This document shows, in pieces, positions 47,310 through 56,123 of a stretch of 64,000 nt of DNA. The translations under genes were made by a program, and so were the position numbers. Numbering within the stretch: position 1 is the stretch's first letter; every line of letters starts with the position of its first letter. The DNA comes from Thermoproteota archaeon (lineage in GTDB: Archaea > Korarchaeota > JAOZGF01 > JAOZFZ01): contig JAOZFT010000032.1 of the NCBI GenBank assembly GCA_027492035.1, positions 7,170 to 71,169 on the forward strand, in the 5' to 3' direction. Under the pieces are notes generated by a model. It had not been told where the DNA came from. It searched no databases and saw nothing but the letters and a program-made list of their open reading frames with translations.

Positions 47310-47609
47310 TCAACCACCACCTACAGTCTCCATTATAGTTATCATGTCTCCTGTCACCAAATCCCCCTCTGCCAATGGAGTATCCAAACCCTTAAGTAAT
47401 TTAACGCTGTGCCCATTAACTAATATTATAAGTTGGCTTCTCACTGTGGGAGAATCTTGCTCCTTCACTAAGTCAGCAAACTTTGGCCCCAGCTTCTGGT
47501 TTAAAACATTCAATAATTCACGTACCGTTTTAGGTGGAGGATCGATCTCTAACTCCGAAACCCCTGCAGCTTCCCTTAATGTAGAGTAAAACTTAACTTT
47601 CACACCCAC
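47310..47609 (-). CDS. MoaD/ThiS/SAMP-like ubiquitin-fold sulfur-carrier or modifier protein
   Basis: 99 aa, beta-grasp-like, ending in ...VGGG with a free C-terminal Gly-Gly. Confidence 0.6.
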   Translation of the reverse strand: MGVKVKFYSTLREAAGVSELEIDPPPKTVRELLNVLNQKLGPKFADLVKEQDSPTVRSQLIILVNGHSVKLLKGLDTPLAEGDLVTGDMITIMETVGGG

Positions 47610-47817
47610 AAATCAACCCCTCAAAAACTTTCCCTTAAGTTTCCTGAAAGTATTGTGTTCTAAGTTTAATTCAAAAACCATTATGTTGAAAAATTAAAAC
47701 CCTCTTTTCCAACTTGGGAAAAACAAAATATATAAAAATTTTGGCGAGAATTCATTCTTTTCATAGATACCTCTCCTCTATGGCCTTTTTCTGTAGAAAG
47801 CTGTAAAGGGGTTTAAA

Positions 47818-48972
47818 ATGGAGTTTAAGTTAAAACCTGAACATGAATTAATGAAGAAAATGCTTCGAGAATTTGTAGATAATGAAGTTATTCCCGTAGC
47901 TGGAGAAATAGATGAAAAAGAGAAGTTTCCCTGGGAGCTAATTAAAAAAATGAGTAAATTAGGCTTAATGGGTTTAACAATACCCGAAAAATATGGGGGA
48001 GCAAACCTGGACTCCATAGGAGTCGTTATTGTGGCGGAAGAAATAGCCAGAGGATCAGGTTCACTAGCTTTAATTTTAGACGCCCATGATTGTTTAGCCT
48101 TGGAACACATTTACAAATTCGCAAACGAAAAACAAATTGAAAAATATGTACCTCCCTTGACTAAAGGCGAAAAAATAGGTGCATGGGCTTTAACAGAGCC
48201 TGGTGCAGGTTCAGACGTTAAATCCATGCAAACATTCGCTAAACAAGAAAATGGTAAATGGGTTCTCAACGGAACAAAAATCTTTATCACTAACGGCCCT
48301 GTGGCAGACGTTATAGTTACAATGGCTAAGACAAAAGATGAAAAAGGGAAAATCGGGATAAGTGCCTTCATTGTTGAGAAAAACTTTAAAGGATTTAAGG
48401 TGGGGCAGAAATTCAGGAAACTAGGTCTAAAAGCTTCTCCAATAGGTGAACTCGTCTTTGAAAACTGTGAAGTGCCAAAAGAAAATTTGATAGGCAATGT
48501 AAATGAGGGCTTTAACCAACTACTTCACGTCTTAAACAACGGAAGAATCTACATCTCGGGGATGGCTATAGGATTAGCAGTTGCAGCTTTTGAAGAAGCA
48601 ATGAAGTATTCACTTGAAAGGAAGCAGTTCAATAAATTAATTTCAGAGTTTCAGGGGATTCAGTTCCCCTTAGCGGAAATATATACAGAAATAGAGGCAG
48701 CTAGGCTGCTGGCCTATAAAGCAGCTTGCTTAAAAGATAAAGGGGAAAAGTATGTTAAAGAGGCTGCAATGGCCAAATTATTCTCTTCACAAGTGGCTAT
48801 GAAGGCAACGGTAAAAGCTGTTCAAATTCATGGAGGATATGGTTACACAAAGGATTATCCGGTAGAAAGATTCCTCAGAGACGCTAAACTAACAGAAATA
48901 GGGGAAGGGACAAGTGAAATTCAAAAAATAGTCATATTTAAACAGCTTCTGAAGGAATATGGGAAAGCATAG
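47818..48972 (+). CDS. Acyl-CoA dehydrogenase
   Basis: 384 aa ACAD; catalytic-base region IGEGTSEIQ near the C-terminus and the TEPGAGSD motif. Confidence 0.9.
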   Translation: MEFKLKPEHELMKKMLREFVDNEVIPVAGEIDEKEKFPWELIKKMSKLGLMGLTIPEKYGGANLDSIGVVIVAEEIARGSGSLALILDAHDCLALEHIYKFANEKQIEKYVPPLTKGEKIGAWALTEPGAGSDVKSMQTFAKQENGKWVLNGTKIFITNGPVADVIVTMAKTKDEKGKIGISAFIVEKNFKGFKVGQKFRKLGLKASPIGELVFENCEVPKENLIGNVNEGFNQLLHVLNNGRIYISGMAIGLAVAAFEEAMKYSLERKQFNKLISEFQGIQFPLAEIYTEIEAARLLAYKAACLKDKGEKYVKEAAMAKLFSSQVAMKATVKAVQIHGGYGYTKDYPVERFLRDAKLTEIGEGTSEIQKIVIFKQLLKEYGKA

Positions 48973-48979
48973 TCACAGG

Positions 48980-49498
48980 TCAAAACAGCACCCTTCCTTC
49001 CTTTATCCTCACCCCCTCAAGTTTAAGAAGCTCCTTTTTTATTTCTATTCCACTCCCGAATCCACCTACTTCACCATTGCTCTTAATTACTCGATGGCAA
49101 GGTATTATTATGAGGATAGGATTCTTGTCTAAAGCATTGCCAACTGCCCTGTATGCTTTAGGCTTTCCTATCCTTTCAGCTACCCATTTATATGTTTTTA
49201 CTTCACCATATTCAATTTTCCTTGTTGTTTCCCAAACCATCCTCTCAAATTTTGAACCTGTAAGAAAACAGGTTTCTGTGTTTCTAAAAACTGTTTTTGT
49301 TTTCTTGAAGTATTTGTCAAGTTCTCCTACTACCTCCTCACCTCCCCTTTTCTGATAAATCTCTATTTCCCCCTGTAACTTTTTGATTTGGTTTAAAAAG
49401 GAGCTTTCCTCCAGAACTAAGCCGCAAACCCTTTTTCTGTAGAAGAATATTGTCAACGAACCTATTGGTGAATCATACCCTTTTTTATAAATCTTCAT
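48980..49498 (-). CDS. ogt: Methylated-DNA-protein-cysteine methyltransferase
   Basis: Active-site IPCHRVI (PCHR) motif. The longest ORF is 193 aa, and the internal Met (MKIYKKGYDSPIG) gives a typical 172 aa. Confidence 0.8.
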   Translation of the reverse strand: MKIYKKGYDSPIGSLTIFFYRKRVCGLVLEESSFLNQIKKLQGEIEIYQKRGGEEVVGELDKYFKKTKTVFRNTETCFLTGSKFERMVWETTRKIEYGEVKTYKWVAERIGKPKAYRAVGNALDKNPILIIIPCHRVIKSNGEVGGFGSGIEIKKELLKLEGVRIKEGRVLF

Positions 49499-49607
49499 AA
49501 TCCCCCCCTTTTTTAAAAAGGGTTTTATTCCTTTAATTCCTCCCAATTTCTCTAAAGTCAAAATTTCATTAAAGGTTTCCCCCTAAAATTTTTTTAGGTG
49601 TGTCTGT

Positions 49608-50309
49608 TTGAAATTTTTTTTTGGAGGGATTAAGAGGAAAGAGCTTCTTGAAAGCCTAATCATTATTTTATTCCTTGTAATTGTTAGTTTCCTTTTTCTG
49701 ATTTATTATTCACAAATAAAGTGGTTACTGCTTAATCTACCTCCTAACTTAATATGGCTCAGTTCTTTCCTTCTCGGCTTCATTGGAGCAGCGAGCATAA
49801 TCATTCCAATTCCCTACACTGCACTCTTTCTTCTCCTTTCAGCTAACTTCCCTGAACTTGACATTTTAAGCCTATCTATCTTCAGCGGCATCGGTTCAGG
49901 ATTCGGAGAATTAACAGGTTGGATTCTCGGTTACTACTTAACCAATCCTTTAACAGGCAAATACAAAAAAAGAATTGAAACTTTTGAAAAGTTTCTGGAG
50001 AACACTAGTGAGTGGCTTCTCTTAACATTCGTTTTTCTTTTCGCCTTCACGCCTCTTCCGGATGACTTGATTTTTATAGCTTTGGGGATGCTTAGGTATA
50101 GTTTATGGAAGGCTGTTCTCAGCTGTACAACCGGAAAAATCCTCATGTTTCTTACAATAGGGTGGTTTGGAAAACTTTTAGGCTTAAGTGTAGGAAAGGT
50201 CTCTGAACAGTTAGTAATGGCGGTAACTCTTGTTCTTGTCATTCTTCTTTTTTTAATTCTTGTAGTTATTGATTGGGAAAGAATTTTAAGCGAGAAACTG
50301 GAAAAATAA
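49608..50309 (+). CDS. DedA/TVP38 (VTT-domain) family membrane protein, putative
   Basis: 233-aa polytopic protein with a VTT-like core (GxxxG ... FTPLPDDLIFIALG). Confidence 0.45.
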   Translation: MKFFFGGIKRKELLESLIIILFLVIVSFLFLIYYSQIKWLLLNLPPNLIWLSSFLLGFIGAASIIIPIPYTALFLLLSANFPELDILSLSIFSGIGSGFGELTGWILGYYLTNPLTGKYKKRIETFEKFLENTSEWLLLTFVFLFAFTPLPDDLIFIALGMLRYSLWKAVLSCTTGKILMFLTIGWFGKLLGLSVGKVSEQLVMAVTLVLVILLFLILVVIDWERILSEKLEK

Positions 50310-50420
50310 ATCCAATGTTTTTAGAACTTTCGTTTAAAGGGAGGGAAATTTATTATTTGCTTGTTAAGGGAGTTTCTCTTCCTAAAGAGAGAGGTAAGGA
50401 TCCAAAAAATAATTGAGAAA

Positions 50421-50513
50421 ATGGGGAAAGGAAAAGTTAAATACGTTAAACTTGTCTTTACGGACATAAACAGCTTAGTTAAGGGTGTACTTGCTCCCTT
50501 CAGCTACTCTTAG
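50421..50513 (+). pseudogene. Possible remnant of a glutamine synthetase N-terminus
   Basis: A 30-codon ORF MGKGKVKYVKLVFTDINSLVKGV... resembles the GS N-terminal beta-grasp start (..VKFVRLQFTDILG..). It sits in a 630-bp gap with no gene. Confidence 0.2.
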
Positions 50514-50941
50514 TCAGGCTTTAACTTTTTTGGAATACATCTGAAAAAGGCTTTTTCCTTACTTTTTCAAGTAATTTCTTCCCGGTGCCTCTGAAAGAGT
50601 TCAGGCTTTTTCTTTTCCTTAAATAATTGATCGTACCTCAATTTATGCCTAATTGAACTGCAAATGTAGACTTCTGGGTTAATTCTCTATTTCTCAGCTC
50701 CCCGTTATCTATATCCCTTAATGTAACCCAACCTTTACTTGTGAGGAGCTTTTAAAAAAAGGAGGTAGTGGGAATCTTCTCCTCCCATAGATTTCTAGTA
50801 ACATATACTTTTCATGCTTAGTTTGAAGGGAGGGATAACTTAACATAAAACACATTTTTCCTGGTTAGAGAGGCGTTGCACCCCAAAGAATTCAGACTCT
50901 TTATTTTTTGGTATTTCTGCAACTGAAAGGGATCCTTGGTG

Positions 50942-51913
50942 TTAATGGATGTATTGTTGAAGTGTTCTAAGTCTTTTCACTATGTTGGGATGCGTAGAAA
51001 ACATTTCTGACACTTTATCCAGCCAAGTCAATTTCCTACTGGCTATCTCTTCCACTGCTCCCCATTCTCTCCTCAAGTTTGAAGCTTTAATATATGCTGA
51101 ATCCTTTATTGATGTGTCAGGGTCCGTTATGAACAGAGTTTTAAATGCATGCACTCCTCCTTTGTTTCTTGAGTAACTTTTCAAATTGCTCGTTGTGTTA
51201 ACTATTTTAGCTAAGGCTGTTGAAAGCTTCTCTGCTCCATTATGAACTACCTGTACACTGTGACGGTCTGCATAGTATTCCCTCAACCTGCTGAAGTAAA
51301 GGACAAACAACGTAAGTATCCAATAGAAAACGTAGGAGACTGCACCTATAGCCATTGTTAACGCTCCTGCCTCTTCCCCCTCTCTTGAATCCGAAAACAT
51401 GCTTGAATAAAGCAGGGTCATACCTATATAATAGAATATGGAGGGCAGGACTGAAACAAACATCATAGTTTGTGCATCTCTATGGGTCAAATGCCCAATT
51501 TCATGGCCTAGGACAGCTTCTACCTCGTCCATGTTGAGGGTTTGTAGGAGCCCTCTCGTTACAGCCACTCTATAACCCGTTAGTGGTGAGCCATAAGCGA
51601 AAGCATTTGGGATATTTGTTTCAGCTATCATTAGTTTGGGAGTTTTTATTCCGCTTTTATGACTTAGGTCTTTCACTACTTCATGAAGTTCAGGGGCTTC
51701 GTTGTAACTTAATGGTTTAACGCGGTAAACTAAATCTACTATATAGGGAGCTATTAACCACTGGATGAAGTTGAAAATTATTACGAACCCGAGTAGGAAG
51801 TAGAGATTTGTTACCCCAAGTAAATTCATCAGGAACACTCCGAAAAGTGTTGATAACCCAATTATTAAGGCCAATGTCGTAAACATTGAAATTTTCAGTT
51901 TCCATATCTTCAT
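50942..51913 (-). CDS. htpX: HtpX-like M48 zinc metalloprotease
   Basis: HEIGHLTHRD (HExxH) and TM helices both N-terminal to and following the motif; 323 aa. Confidence 0.8.
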   Translation of the reverse strand: MKIWKLKISMFTTLALIIGLSTLFGVFLMNLLGVTNLYFLLGFVIIFNFIQWLIAPYIVDLVYRVKPLSYNEAPELHEVVKDLSHKSGIKTPKLMIAETNIPNAFAYGSPLTGYRVAVTRGLLQTLNMDEVEAVLGHEIGHLTHRDAQTMMFVSVLPSIFYYIGMTLLYSSMFSDSREGEEAGALTMAIGAVSYVFYWILTLFVLYFSRLREYYADRHSVQVVHNGAEKLSTALAKIVNTTSNLKSYSRNKGGVHAFKTLFITDPDTSIKDSAYIKASNLRREWGAVEEIASRKLTWLDKVSEMFSTHPNIVKRLRTLQQYIH

Positions 51914-52099
51914 TTTACCACCTTCCTAACCTTCTCTCACTTACCTTTAAAGTGAACTTAAAGTGAAAAATAGGTTTTAAATTTTTCCCTTATTTTCTTT
52001 CTTCCTTACCTCCTCCCATAACCTCTTTTCCTCCTTTAAAACCGCCCCTTTGTTTTGAATTTCTTTGGGAAGAAACTGGAAAAGTGCGTAGGTCAGTGT

Positions 52100-55000
52100 T
52101 TAAGCCTTCTCCTCCACTGGAAAAACTGTTTTGTTGGGGCCTTGCCTAAGAAATAACTTTAGAATATGAGGTGTAGTTAAAGCTGTGAAAGCGATGAAAG
52201 AAATAATTAGGAGAGTGGCTGAGATCATTGCTAGGGTGCTGTTATGCAAAATCTCGCTCATTGTTAAAAGTAACAATGGAGTTACTGTAAGCAAAGTTTT
52301 ATTTAAGAGTTTCTTTTTATTTTTTAATTGAATTTTCTCTCTTTCGCTTCTACATTCCTCAGCTCCTTTCCTTTCCTTCCATTCCTTATGAATACTCAGT
52401 GGTAAACCTAAGTAGGTGAAACCTAGTAACATACTTACAATTAATCCTGCCGTTATGGACCCAATTTCTTTGTTTATTTTGAAGATTGGAAGTGTCAGGG
52501 TTGCTGCTGCATGTAGGGAGCCTATTAATGGGTAGAGGATTGTTTTAAATATTGGTTTGGTTTGTGGGTGTTTGTAAATGAAATCTGCAACGTACGGACT
52601 GAATGAATAATAGAAAAGGTTAAACGCTCTATAGAAATTCTTTCCAATGAAGGAAGAAAGAATGAAACGGTTCCTGAATTTCCTTAGGAAAATAACTTCT
52701 GGAGATAATTCTGAACCGTAAGTGGCTGTTGCTATGAAACATTTCCTTTTTTCGACCATTAACTTGATTGTTTTCTTATGTGTAACACCTCCTCCTGAAG
52801 CTTTAATACTCACCAAGAAATATCCTGTAGTGGTTCCTGTTTTGATTGTTAGGTTAGCTGTTTCTCCTGTTTTTAAGTTCTTAGGTATCAATTTATAACT
52901 AGCATCTTCAGGTAAACCTGTAATCTCCAGTTTTATCGTTTGAGGCTGCCCCTTAACAAGAGAAACTTTAACTGTTATGTATGTTTTCTCTCCCTCCTCG
53001 ATTTTCACTTCCTCAGGTTCAACTCTTAATTTAAAGTCAAAACCTGTGGAAGGGTGCTTCTTTTTTTCAGTGACATGTAAAGTCAAGGTGCAGCTGTGTA
53101 TTTTGTTATCTGTCCCTGTTGCCTTCACCATTAACTTGTAAGTTCCCGACGGACATGAATCGGACACTGTAATTTTCATTTCGGAGTTGAAATTAGGCTT
53201 AGCCTGGGAAGGGTTAAACTTTACCCCTATATTCACTGGCGGAGTTGAACAACTCAATGTCACGTTATTGCTGTAACCTGATGTAGAAGTAACTGAAACA
53301 GCTAATGTTAATGATTCCCCTGGCACTATTTCGATGTCTTTTTTATTTAACGCTATATTGAAGTCTCTAACTGGTTTTTCCTGAATTATTAACACGGCAG
53401 GTGCGCTGCGGATTAAATCTCCACTTGAAACATTAATTGTTAATTCGTAGTTTCCAACAGTGTTCCCTGCTTGAATGTTTACTTTAATTTTTTTGCTTCC
53501 ACCTGTACCGTTTTCAGGCGGAGATACTTGGTAATAGGTGTCTGAAGGCAGGTTTAGGACAGTGACTGCTACTGTTTGGATTGTGAACGAACCTGTAGGA
53601 GTTAAGGTTAGGGTGTAGCTTGTGTTTCCGCCTTGGTAAACTACTCTCGTTGGAGGATTAATCAATAACTGGAAACCTGGTGCTTCTCCCCTTATTACTA
53701 ATGTTTCATTTACAGGATTTGACCATGCTCCTTTGTTATCTTTCACTTTAAAGGTTATTGTGTGGTTGCCTGGTGATAAGTTAGAAATAGAAAAAATAGC
53801 TTGGTTGCTTAGGTGCCCGTCTATGTTTGAGTCCCAACTGTAGCCTGTAATTGCCCCATCTGGGTCTGAACCATGTCCTGTAAAGGTTACAGTATCACTT
53901 ACATTTGCTGGGTTAGGGGTTATTGAGTCAATAAATGCAACAGGTGGTTGATTAGCTGTACTTACTACTTGAACTGGAACCACAACATATTCAGACCATG
54001 CTCCTTCATTATCTTGAACCCTTAAAGTTATGTTAAACGTGGCAGGGAGTGAATAAGTATGATTAATTGTTTTTGAAATGTTGTTCCCGATTAAATTGCC
54101 TGTAACAAGTGGGGAGCCATCTCCCCAAGCTATTTCATATTTTGTGACGTTTCCATCTGGGTCAAACCCTGCGAAACTGAATACGATTTCCTCACTTACA
54201 TTTACGGGTGCAGTTGGATGCTCTAGAACTAAGGTGATAGGTGGTTTATTTCCTGAAATTCTTTGGTTGTAAGTATTGCTTGACCAAATCCAGTAATACA
54301 TTTTTTCGGTGTTAGAGGAGAAATTTAGGTAGTAAAGTTTGTTGGGGTCACCTGAATCTGTTATTTCTCCAATAGAGGGTACTTCAACAAGTGAATCCTT
54401 TACAAAATCAAATAGGTTAGCAACAGTTGCAGTTGTTAAGGTGGTGTAAAATAAGAAATTGTTTTTTTCGCAAGCGAAAATCCACCCTATTCTCCCTATG
54501 GAGGGATTAGCTACTGCTAGCATGAAAGGTTCTCCCGGTGGAAAAATAATAGAGTTGCTGTTTGGAGCCTTTACACTACCTTGACTGTAAGAGTTACGTG
54601 ACCAAATAGCGAAGTCAATATTTCCTTGGAGTGAGTGAATAAAAAGTGTATAAGGGTTTGTGCTGCTTCCTGAATCCTTAACTTCAGCTAGGCTAGTAAG
54701 ATTTATTAAGATGTCTTGGTTACTGTCGCCAATGTTTACAAATTGGGGGGACTCTTTACTTGAAGAAACAAGAATGTTACCGTGTTTAAAACAGAAAATC
54801 CATCCAGATTTATTTGAGGAGGGGTTTATAAGAGTTACAACGAAAAATTTTGAATCAGGGAAGGGCACTTGCACAAAACTTCCAGCTGAAACCGACCCTG
54901 AGAAATAAGAACCATAAAACCATACAAAGTAGTAAAGTGTCGAATTAAAAGCATATATCTCTAAAATAAGGGGCTGTGCCGGATTGCCTGAATCCCTAAC

Positions 55001-55285
55001 TCCACCTAAACCTGAAACATTTATTAAAACCTGTTTTGAAGTATCATTTAAGTAAGCGACATTAGTTGCTGTTAAAGGTGACGAAACTAAAATGTAATCC
55101 CTCTCTTTACTAAAAACTAGCCCTAGGCCTTCACCAGCTGAAAATCCTCCAATAAAAAACTTATTGCTTGGAAACTCGATTCCGCCAGTTAAAGCCTGAG
55201 AGAAAACAGGAGAAACATGTAATGACAAATCAGGAATCAAAATAAGTGAAAGGAGAAAAAGAATATTGTAAAATCTTTTCAACAT
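52100..55285 (-). CDS. Large secreted PKD-domain surface protein with a C-terminal CFIATAT...LRKFRN module plus TM tail
   Basis: Signal peptide; two PKD-like repeats (IAWGDGSP...HTYSLPATFNITLRVQDNEGAWS; ...HTITFKVKDNKGAWS); the motif KRKCFIATATYGSELSPEVIFLRKFRNRFIL (nt about 52660-52745), then a multi-TM C-terminus. Confidence 0.7.
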   Translation of the reverse strand: MLKRFYNILFLLSLILIPDLSLHVSPVFSQALTGGIEFPSNKFFIGGFSAGEGLGLVFSKERDYILVSSPLTATNVAYLNDTSKQVLINVSGLGGVRDSGNPAQPLILEIYAFNSTLYYFVWFYGSYFSGSVSAGSFVQVPFPDSKFFVVTLINPSSNKSGWIFCFKHGNILVSSSKESPQFVNIGDSNQDILINLTSLAEVKDSGSSTNPYTLFIHSLQGNIDFAIWSRNSYSQGSVKAPNSNSIIFPPGEPFMLAVANPSIGRIGWIFACEKNNFLFYTTLTTATVANLFDFVKDSLVEVPSIGEITDSGDPNKLYYLNFSSNTEKMYYWIWSSNTYNQRISGNKPPITLVLEHPTAPVNVSEEIVFSFAGFDPDGNVTKYEIAWGDGSPLVTGNLIGNNISKTINHTYSLPATFNITLRVQDNEGAWSEYVVVPVQVVSTANQPPVAFIDSITPNPANVSDTVTFTGHGSDPDGAITGYSWDSNIDGHLSNQAIFSISNLSPGNHTITFKVKDNKGAWSNPVNETLVIRGEAPGFQLLINPPTRVVYQGGNTSYTLTLTPTGSFTIQTVAVTVLNLPSDTYYQVSPPENGTGGSKKIKVNIQAGNTVGNYELTINVSSGDLIRSAPAVLIIQEKPVRDFNIALNKKDIEIVPGESLTLAVSVTSTSGYSNNVTLSCSTPPVNIGVKFNPSQAKPNFNSEMKITVSDSCPSGTYKLMVKATGTDNKIHSCTLTLHVTEKKKHPSTGFDFKLRVEPEEVKIEEGEKTYITVKVSLVKGQPQTIKLEITGLPEDASYKLIPKNLKTGETANLTIKTGTTTGYFLVSIKASGGGVTHKKTIKLMVEKRKCFIATATYGSELSPEVIFLRKFRNRFILSSFIGKNFYRAFNLFYYSFSPYVADFIYKHPQTKPIFKTILYPLIGSLHAAATLTLPIFKINKEIGSITAGLIVSMLLGFTYLGLPLSIHKEWKERKGAEECRSEREKIQLKNKKKLLNKTLLTVTPLLLLTMSEILHNSTLAMISATLLIISFIAFTALTTPHILKLFLRQGPNKTVFPVEEKA

Positions 55286-55577
55286 TCAATTAAGCCCTCC
55301 TACCTTCCATTTCATTTTTGAAAGCTTATTTCCTTTCTAAACTATTAAATTTAGGTTTATAATTAAGATCTACGAAAATTAAGAAAACCACTTCCAGAGT
55401 TTTTATTTAAACTTTGTTCTTAAAAAACAATCATACCTTACTTCCCTAAAAATGGAAATTTTTATTTTTTTAAGGTTTCCATCTTGGATGAACCGTAAAG
55501 TTTATAAGTTTCCTTCGTAAGAAATCCTCATTACATATTACGTTGCAAAGTTTGATGTGGAAGAGGAATTTTCCTGA

Positions 55578-56120
55578 ATGGCTCACGAAGTCTGTTTGAA
55601 CGTGGTTGTAACAGGTAAAGTTCAGAATTTCGGTTTCAGAGAATTCACTGTCAATTTAGCGAACATACTTGGTTTGAAGGGGTATGTTTTTAATGATGTG
55701 GATGGCACCGTCAAAATGGTTGTTGCTGGAAATAAAGAAGAAATCCTTGGCTTTTTAAATGAACTAAAAAGTAAATCCGGTAAAACAGGGGCTGTGATTG
55801 AAGAAATTAATTTTTCAGAAATTGGAGCTACAGTTTTTCTTCCTCCTAAATTTGTTAAGCTCGAAACTGAAGAAGTTATGGATTTAGCAAGAAAATTTGA
55901 TAAAGGAATTGAAATTTTAAGAGAAATAAAAAATAATACAGAAGCTATTCCGAGGGTTGAAAGTGCCATCCAGGAAATGAATGTGAAGCTTGGTAAGTTG
56001 GACAATGTGGAAAAGGGTATTAATGAATTGAATACTTCCATTAAATCTAACACTGAGTACTTAAGAAAGTTGGGGGAAGCTATCTTGGAGATCCTAAAGA
56101 AAAAGAGCATGGAAGAGTGA
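55578..56120 (+). CDS. Acylphosphatase-like domain fused to a C-terminal coiled-coil region
   Basis: N-terminal VVTGKVQNFGFREF and GYVFNDVDGTVKMVVAG match the two acylphosphatase signatures. Residues about 95-180 are heptad-rich. Confidence 0.55.
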   Translation: MAHEVCLNVVVTGKVQNFGFREFTVNLANILGLKGYVFNDVDGTVKMVVAGNKEEILGFLNELKSKSGKTGAVIEEINFSEIGATVFLPPKFVKLETEEVMDLARKFDKGIEILREIKNNTEAIPRVESAIQEMNVKLGKLDNVEKGINELNTSIKSNTEYLRKLGEAILEILKKKSMEE

Positions 56121-56123
56121 AAA

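Noticed and set aside
55286-55577. Possible C/D-box sRNA (tgatgt ... ctga) just upstream of the acylphosphatase-like gene
   Set aside because: Only one imperfect C-box-like and one D-box-like element lie about 20 nt apart. There is no C'/D' pair and no terminal stem, so it is indistinguishable from chance in AT-rich sequence.
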